DNA of 64,000 nucleotides from an uncultured Gardnerella sp. (GTDB lineage Bacteria; Actinomycetota; Actinomycetes; Actinomycetales; Bifidobacteriaceae): NCBI GenBank assembly GCA_947088155.1, contig CAMUFL010000002.1, positions 148,275 to 212,274 of the forward strand, read 5' to 3'. Shown piece by piece: positions 58,287 to 64,000 of this stretch (position 1 is its first letter; each line of letters starts with the position of its first letter). The notes under the pieces were generated by a model. It saw only the letters and a program-made list of their open reading frames with translations, ran no database searches and was not told where the DNA came from. The position numbers and the translations under genes were made by a program.

Positions 58287-58474
58287 ATTCCACCTGCCGC
58301 TACGCCAATAATTGCAATATTTTTCAGCGCATCTTATTGCTGCCGAATATACGCTCTATTTAATATAATCGCGATTATTATAATCATAATTATAATAATC
58401 GCGATTATATTATTTTGCAATATTTTCAAAACAACAAAATTTGGCAACTAATCTAAGTTATATTGCTAAACCAT

Positions 58475-59059
58475 TTATTCTGCTACTGAGTCAAGAACTA
58501 CCAAACGTTGTCCGCCATAAGTTCTGGCATCAAGACAAGTTTGAATAAAGTAAACAGATTTAGGGAATGGCTGAATATACTCTTTGAATTCGTCTAATAA
58601 TTTATCCGCGCTGCCGTTTCCTTCAAAATCTTTATAATCTATAACTTTATAATCTTTGCCGTTTAGTTTAACTGGTGTGCCCTTTTCGAGCTTCCTTAAT
58701 AAAGCGCCTGAACTATTTAAACGATCGACGATTATGTAATGGCCGGTATTAACGTGGAACCAGTCGTCTTGAACTGTCCAGTGATAAAAAGCATCTTTTA
58801 CATAAGCCAACTGATCAGGGTACTCGTCCCAAATAACGCGTTTGGTTTCACCTAGGGCTTCAAAAGTTCCTTCTTGGCCTATTACAAAAGCTTCATTAAG
58901 TTTCTTTTTTGTGTGTTTTTTGGTCTTTGTTAAGTGGTGCGTTATTTTCGTAGGTGCTGGATTATTTTTTGCTTTTGGGCTATTGCAGGCAGATATTCCT
59001 ACTAACAAACTGGACAGCATTACAACGCTAAGCAATTTTTTATAAGTCATTTTCCCCAT
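58475..59059 (-). CDS. Hypothetical lipoprotein
   Basis: Signal peptide plus lipobox (LVGISACNS). 194 aa. Confidence 0.5.
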   Translation of the reverse strand: MGKMTYKKLLSVVMLSSLLVGISACNSPKAKNNPAPTKITHHLTKTKKHTKKKLNEAFVIGQEGTFEALGETKRVIWDEYPDQLAYVKDAFYHWTVQDDWFHVNTGHYIIVDRLNSSGALLRKLEKGTPVKLNGKDYKVIDYKDFEGNGSADKLLDEFKEYIQPFPKSVYFIQTCLDARTYGGQRLVVLDSVAE

Positions 59060-59502
59060 AAATGGACTTCTTTCTTCGTATAGATGTGACTAGCGTTTGT
59101 TAGGTATCCTTATTGACTTGGATTCCAAACTTGAGTGCTTGCTCGGTTCAGTCCAAAAAATCTTGGTTTGAACGTGAGTAGGAAGCGATAGTCACTTCTG
59201 ATTTGCGCATAAAGATATTAACAAAAACAGATGCTTTTTTCCATAGTTTTAGCATAAAGACTAAGAGGCTTGTGCTGCTTTACAATTTTTTAGTTTTTGC
59301 GCAAAGTACGTCTGGTTTGATTTTCAGCAGTAGATATTGCACAAGTTGAATTGCTATCCACTTTATTTCTGCTCATTGCTAAACAATAAAAATACTGTGC
59401 ACATAAAAATTCGACGAGACCCATACGTTTCTGTTAGTAGAAGCGTATGAGCCGCGTCGAATTTAATTTAGGAGCTATTTGCTGCAATAATTAATTATAC
59501 TA

Positions 59503-60597
59503 CTAGAAGTCCCAATCGTCATCGTCGGTTTCAACAGATTTGCCCATAATGTAGCTGGAACCAGAGCCGGAGAAGAAGTCGTGATTTTCGTCGGCAGCAG
59601 GAGATAAAGCCGCAAGGATTTCCGGGCTTACGTGAGTTTCTTCTTCGCTGTACTTTGCAGGATAGCCAAGGTTCATCAAAGCCTTGTTAGCGTTGTAACG
59701 CACGAAGTCAAAAACGTCATCGTGGAAGTCAAATCCTTCGTAAATCTGACCAGAATACTCAACTTCCAAATCGTACAAAGTATCGAGCAAGTTCATAGTG
59801 AACTTTTCAAGATTCTTCTTATCGTTCTCGCTTCTAAGCTCCAAACCGCGCTGGAACTTGTAGCCGGAATAATAACCGTGAATCGCCTTATCTCGCAAAA
59901 TCAAGCGAATCATATCGGCAGTGTTCATCATCTTGCCGCGAGAAGCAAAATAAAGTGGAAGGTAGAATCCTGCGTAAAGAAGAAGCGAAGAAAGCATAGT
60001 TGCAGCAATCTTGCGCTTAAGCGGATCTTCACTCTCGTACTCACAAAGCACGGTTGTAACGCGCTGCTGCAAAACGTCGTTACCAACAGCCCAACGGTAA
60101 GCCTCGTCAATCTCTTCGCTAGAGCAAAGAGTGGAGAAAATAGAGGAGTAAGAGCGCGCGTGAATCGACTGCATAAAAGCAATATTCGTGTAAATAGCCT
60201 GCTCGTGCTCCGTGCGCGCGTGCTCAATCTGGCAAAGCTCGCCAATAGTTGCCTGGCTGGTATCAAGTAAAGTCAAGCCAGTAAAAACGCGAGTAGTGGT
60301 CTTGCGCTCAAGGTCGGTGAGGGAACGCCAAGAAGGAATATCGTTGCTCAGCGGAACTTTTTCTGGAAGCCAGAAGTTAGCAATAAGACGATTCCAAACG
60401 TCCAAATCTTTGTCGTCAACAATATTATTCCAATTAACTGGGCGCACGCGCGAACCGTGATGGTAGCGGTACTGAGCTGGGGTGATAGAAGCTGCCATCA
60501 TAGCGTCGTCTGCGATTACGCGATTCGTGCCGAAAGGCTTATCGAGGCTACTGCGCAGTGCTGTTGGGTCGAGCGCTGTTGGATCGAGTTCTGTCAT
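59503..60597 (-). CDS. nrdF: Ribonucleotide reductase class Ib beta subunit
   Basis: Ferritin-like diiron/dimanganese ligand blocks (...TLLDTSQ..., EHARTEHEQAIY, FSTLCSSEE...) and a C-terminal acidic tail ending DDDWDF. Confidence 0.95.
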   Translation of the reverse strand: MTELDPTALDPTALRSSLDKPFGTNRVIADDAMMAASITPAQYRYHHGSRVRPVNWNNIVDDKDLDVWNRLIANFWLPEKVPLSNDIPSWRSLTDLERKTTTRVFTGLTLLDTSQATIGELCQIEHARTEHEQAIYTNIAFMQSIHARSYSSIFSTLCSSEEIDEAYRWAVGNDVLQQRVTTVLCEYESEDPLKRKIAATMLSSLLLYAGFYLPLYFASRGKMMNTADMIRLILRDKAIHGYYSGYKFQRGLELRSENDKKNLEKFTMNLLDTLYDLEVEYSGQIYEGFDFHDDVFDFVRYNANKALMNLGYPAKYSEEETHVSPEILAALSPAADENHDFFSGSGSSYIMGKSVETDDDDWDF

Positions 60598-60709
60598 AAT
60601 TACTCCTGATTTTGTGTTTACGTTTTATAAAATTTTTAAGTTTTGATTTAATTTTTTTAAAGATTTACGTCGCTGAGATTTTTAGCGCTAAGATTTTTCG
60701 CGCTACGAC

Positions 60710-62932
60710 TTACAGCGTGCAGCTTACGCAACCTTCGATTTCGGTACCTTCCAAAGCTTTCTGGCGAATACGAATGTAGTAAAGAGTCTTAATGCCCTTG
60801 CGCCATGCGTAAATCTGAGCCTTATTCAAATCGCGAGTAGTCGTAGTGTCTGGGAAGAACAAAGTAAGCGACAATCCCTGATCCACATGCTGAGTTGCTT
60901 CAGCGTAAGTGTCAATAATTGCCTTCCAACCAATCTCGTAAGCATCCTTAAAGTACTGCATATTGTCGTTCGTCATGTATGCAGCAGGGTAGTAGACGCG
61001 ACCAACTTTGCCCTCTTTGCGAATCTCAACGCGGGAAGCAATCGGGTGAATTGAACTCGTTGAATGGTTAATGTACGAGATAGAACCGGTTGGAGGAACA
61101 GCCTGCAAATATTCGTTGTAAATGCCGTCGCGCAAAATTTCATCGCGCAACTGATCCCAGTCCGAAACGGTTGGAATTGCAACGTTAAAACGAGCAAACA
61201 AATCGCGAACCTTTTGAGTGCGAGGCTCAAGCGAGCGTCTACCATCAGTGTACTTATCGAAATAGTTGCCTTTGCCTGCAGGCTTAGCGTAAGCGCTAGT
61301 CTTAAAGCTTGCAAAAGCGTGGCCGCGCTCCACAGCCAAAGCGTGAGAAGCTTTATAAGCGTGGTAAGCAACAGTCATAAAGTACATGTCTGTAAAGTCA
61401 AGAGCTTCCTCGCTTCCGTACTGCATGTGCTCGCGAGCAAGGAAACCGTGCAAATTCATTTGACCCAAGCCAATAGCGTGACCTTCTGCGTTTCCGCGAC
61501 GAATCGAAGGTACAGAATCAATCGAAGTATGCTCAGAAACAGAAGTGAGCGCACGTACCGCCAAATCAACGCTTGCACCCAAGTCACCATCCATTGCCTT
61601 AGCAATATTAAGAGAGCCGAGATTGCAAGAAATGTCGCGGCCAACGTGACTATAAGATAAGTCAGCGTTATAAGTGCTTGCTTCCTGAGTTTGCAAAATC
61701 TCGGAGCACAAGTTGCTCATAGTAATGCGACCCTCAATAGGATTCGTGCGATTCACAGTATCCTCAAACAAAATGTAAGGGTAGCCAGACTCAAACTGAA
61801 TCTCCGCAAGCGTCATAAAGAATTCGCGAGCATCAATGTACTTCTTGTGAATACGAGGATTTGCAACCATCTCATCGTAATGCTCGGTAACAGAAATGTC
61901 TGCAAAAGGCTTACCATACTCGCGCTCAACATCGTAAGGGCTGAACAGAGCCATCTTTTCCTTACGCTTAGCAAGCTCAAAAGTAATATCTGGAATCACA
62001 ACGCCCAAAGAAAGCGACTTAATACGAATCTTCTCATCCGCATTCTCGCGCTTGGTATCAAGGAAACGCATAATATCCGGGTGATGAGCGCTAATATACA
62101 CGGCACCAGCTCCCTGACGAGCGCCAAGCTGATTAGCATAAGAGAATGAATCTTCCAAAAGCTTCATAACAGGCACAACGCCGCTAGACTGATTCTCAAT
62201 GCGCTTAATAGGAGCGCCAAGCTCGCGTAAATTCGTAAGCAAAAGTGCCACGCCGCCGCCGCGCTTAGAAAGCTGCAAAGCAGAATTAATCCCGCGCGCA
62301 ATAGACTCCATGTTATCTTCCAAGCGCACGAGGAAGCAGCTCACGGCCTCGCCGCGCTGAGCTTTACCAAGATTTAAGAACGTTGGTGTAGCTGGCTGGA
62401 AGCGTCCTGCAAGCATCTCGTCCAAATAGTTGAGAGCCGCCTTTTCATCGCCATCTGCAAGTTCCAAAGCTACGGCGGCTGCGCGCTGAGCGAAGTTTTC
62501 CAAATACTGCTTGCCGTCAAAAGTCTTCAAAGCGTAAGAAGTGTAGAACTTAAAAGCGCCCAAGAATGTGCCGAAAGTGTGGTGAGCGGCTTCAGCGTGC
62601 TCGTAGAATTTATCGAGAAAATCGGCGCTGTATTTTCCGAACACATTGCCGTTGTAGTAGTAGTTGTCAATCAAATAATTCAAGCGCTCGCGAGTAGAAG
62701 CAAACTTCATGCTGTGCTCTTGCACGTAACCCGAAACGTAAAGTTTTTCTGCTTCCTGATCTTTATCAAACTGAATGCCTTTTTCTGGGTCAAAAAGACC
62801 GAGCATAGCGTTAAGAACGTGGTAGTCGCGGCTGTTGCGAATGCGCTCTGCTGTGCTGCTAGTGCTGCTGGCATCGTCAGTGTGATCAAGATTAAGCGAA
62901 GCAGATTCGCTCATCGGATCCGTGCTATTCAT
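60710..62932 (-). CDS. nrdE: Ribonucleotide reductase class Ib alpha subunit
   Basis: 740 aa. Conserved NLCSEI active-site Cys region and a C-terminal CxxC...tail (GCVSCTL). It has NrdE-type N-terminal architecture with no ATP cone. Confidence 0.95.
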   Translation of the reverse strand: MNSTDPMSESASLNLDHTDDASSTSSTAERIRNSRDYHVLNAMLGLFDPEKGIQFDKDQEAEKLYVSGYVQEHSMKFASTRERLNYLIDNYYYNGNVFGKYSADFLDKFYEHAEAAHHTFGTFLGAFKFYTSYALKTFDGKQYLENFAQRAAAVALELADGDEKAALNYLDEMLAGRFQPATPTFLNLGKAQRGEAVSCFLVRLEDNMESIARGINSALQLSKRGGGVALLLTNLRELGAPIKRIENQSSGVVPVMKLLEDSFSYANQLGARQGAGAVYISAHHPDIMRFLDTKRENADEKIRIKSLSLGVVIPDITFELAKRKEKMALFSPYDVEREYGKPFADISVTEHYDEMVANPRIHKKYIDAREFFMTLAEIQFESGYPYILFEDTVNRTNPIEGRITMSNLCSEILQTQEASTYNADLSYSHVGRDISCNLGSLNIAKAMDGDLGASVDLAVRALTSVSEHTSIDSVPSIRRGNAEGHAIGLGQMNLHGFLAREHMQYGSEEALDFTDMYFMTVAYHAYKASHALAVERGHAFASFKTSAYAKPAGKGNYFDKYTDGRRSLEPRTQKVRDLFARFNVAIPTVSDWDQLRDEILRDGIYNEYLQAVPPTGSISYINHSTSSIHPIASRVEIRKEGKVGRVYYPAAYMTNDNMQYFKDAYEIGWKAIIDTYAEATQHVDQGLSLTLFFPDTTTTRDLNKAQIYAWRKGIKTLYYIRIRQKALEGTEIEGCVSCTL

Positions 62933-63004
62933 TTGATTATTCCTTTCCTAGTGTGCTAGTTTTGCTTTTCAAACGCTGTTTTTTGTTGATTTTGTTGATT
63001 TTGT

Positions 63005-63505
63005 TTATTTCGTTTCTTCTGTTTCTTTTAATTGCCTTAAAAATCTAGGTATTCCCTGCGCGACTTTTTCAATATCTTCTTGAGTTCCTGTCAACTCAAA
63101 CGAATACATATTTGGAATAGCGCATTTTCCGGCAATCTGGCCGCCTGCAGCGCAATAAGCGTCTCCAAAATTCGTGTTTCCGGAAGAAATTACGCCGCGA
63201 ATAAACGAACGATTTTCGCGATTATTTAGGAATTTGCGCACCTGCATTGGTATTGCTTTTGCAATATTTCCGCCGCCGTAAGTTGGAACGATTAGCACGT
63301 ACGGTTCGCGCACGTTTAATTCAGGATCTTTCGGACGAAGCGGTATGCGGTACACGTTTACGTTATTGCTTGGAAAATCGCAATTTTGCACAAATCTTAA
63401 CGTGTTTTCGGAAACTGATGAAAAATATACTACAGCTCCGATTGATTCGCCTTGTGCACGAGATTCTGGTTCGCTTGGTTTTGTGATGTTTTCTTGTTCA
63501 CTCAT
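63005..63505 (-). CDS. nrdI: NrdI flavodoxin-like protein (start assigned to the Met at 63505; the ORF is open to 63556)
   Basis: VVYFSSVSENTLRFVQ... matches the NrdI FMN-binding N-terminus. It sits between nrdH and nrdE. Confidence 0.9.
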   Translation of the reverse strand: MSEQENITKPSEPESRAQGESIGAVVYFSSVSENTLRFVQNCDFPSNNVNVYRIPLRPKDPELNVREPYVLIVPTYGGGNIAKAIPMQVRKFLNNRENRSFIRGVISSGNTNFGDAYCAAGGQIAGKCAIPNMYSFELTGTQEDIEKVAQGIPRFLRQLKETEETK

Positions 63506-63770
63506 TGTGTTCAGCTTCTTTTGATGACTCCGTGGAAGTTCCGAGTCTATCTGCAATTTGTGCGATTAAATCTGGGCGGTATCCACTCCAGGATGCGTCT
63601 GGCGCAATTACTACAGGTGCTTGACGGTAGCCTGCATTGCGTAGCTGATCTAATGCTTCAGGACTTTTGGATAAATCAACAGTTTCAAAATTCACTCCGA
63701 GTTTTGTGAACTGTCGCTTAGTTGCATCACACTGTGGGCAATGAGGTTTGGTAAACACTGTAATTGTCAT
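63498..63770 (-). CDS. nrdH: NrdH-redoxin (glutaredoxin-like)
   Basis: ITVFTKPHCPQCDATKRQF carries the CPQC active site. It lies first in the nrdHIEF operon. Confidence 0.9.
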   Translation of the reverse strand: MTITVFTKPHCPQCDATKRQFTKLGVNFETVDLSKSPEALDQLRNAGYRQAPVVIAPDASWSGYRPDLIAQIADRLGTSTESSKEAEHNE

Positions 63771-63852
63771 TTCAATCTCCTCTGGTGATGGGGGAATTTG
63801 TAATTCCTGGTTGTATCGACAAAAGCCAAGTAGTTAGCTTACTCCAAATAAG

Positions 63853-63897
63853 CACTATTTATAGTGGTGTGTCGATTGTGTAAACACTACATATAGT
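63853..63897. promoter_or_regulatory. Two putative NrdR boxes upstream of nrdH (CACTATTTATAGTG at 63853..63866; ACACTACATATAGT at 63884..63897)
   Basis: These are 14-bp palindromes of the NrdR-box type (acaCwAtATaTwGtgt). Their centres are about 31 bp apart (three helical turns), 85-125 bp upstream of the nrdH start on the minus strand. Confidence 0.5.
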
Positions 63898-64000
63898 TAT
63901 TGCTTAAAATAGCTAAAAATAGCGTGTTTGTAAGCGTGTCGTGTTTTGTAAGTGGAATGTGAGCTTAGTTTTAACTATTAAAAATGTAATTTTTCTCACA

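Overview
This 64-kb window reads as a chromosomal segment from a low-to-moderate-GC actinobacterium, most consistent with Gardnerella/Bifidobacteriaceae. The evidence is the gene order dnaX-recR-ask-asd, an atpBEFHAGDC operon, a nucS endonuclease, a class Ib nrdHIEF operon, LPXTG surface proteins and AT-rich intergenic regions. About half of the window is conserved housekeeping sequence.

The rest is accessory sequence in two blocks. Block 1 (about 25.7-32.9 kb) holds a Fic/HTH protein, a HigBA toxin-antitoxin pair, an LPXTG leucine-rich-repeat surface protein and a DUF4143-type ATPase. It is bracketed by decayed 3' remnants of paralogous ATPase and higA genes and by several repeat arrays.

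Block 2 (about 42.3-58.5 kb) holds:
- a 1125-aa LPXTG beta-helix surface protein
- a DUF3800 protein
- several small unknown and membrane proteins
- a NarL/LuxR-type two-component system
- an AbiEi/AbiEii abortive-infection pair
- a lactococcin-972-family bacteriocin locus (bacteriocin, large membrane protein, ABC ATPase)
- a RelE/ParE-HTH pair
- a DUF234-type ATPase

Between the two blocks lies a cluster that I read as a flavinylation-associated iron-uptake system. It contains a signal-peptide-less ApbE flavin transferase, an FTR1 permease with a large N-terminal ectodomain, a P19/Tp34-like lipoprotein, a polytopic membrane protein with a C-terminal Cys4 motif, an FtsX/FtsX/ATPase ABC transporter and an FMN-binding-domain lipoprotein.

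Three further patterns stand out. Homopolymeric G/C tracts of 9-11 nt sit at the 5' regions of three secreted or surface genes and are candidate phase-variation switches. A family of four roughly 47-bp palindromic elements lies between 50.3 and 56.8 kb. The aspartokinase is encoded as separate catalytic and ACT-domain ORFs.

All calls come from reading the ORF translations and the DNA by eye. No database searches were run.
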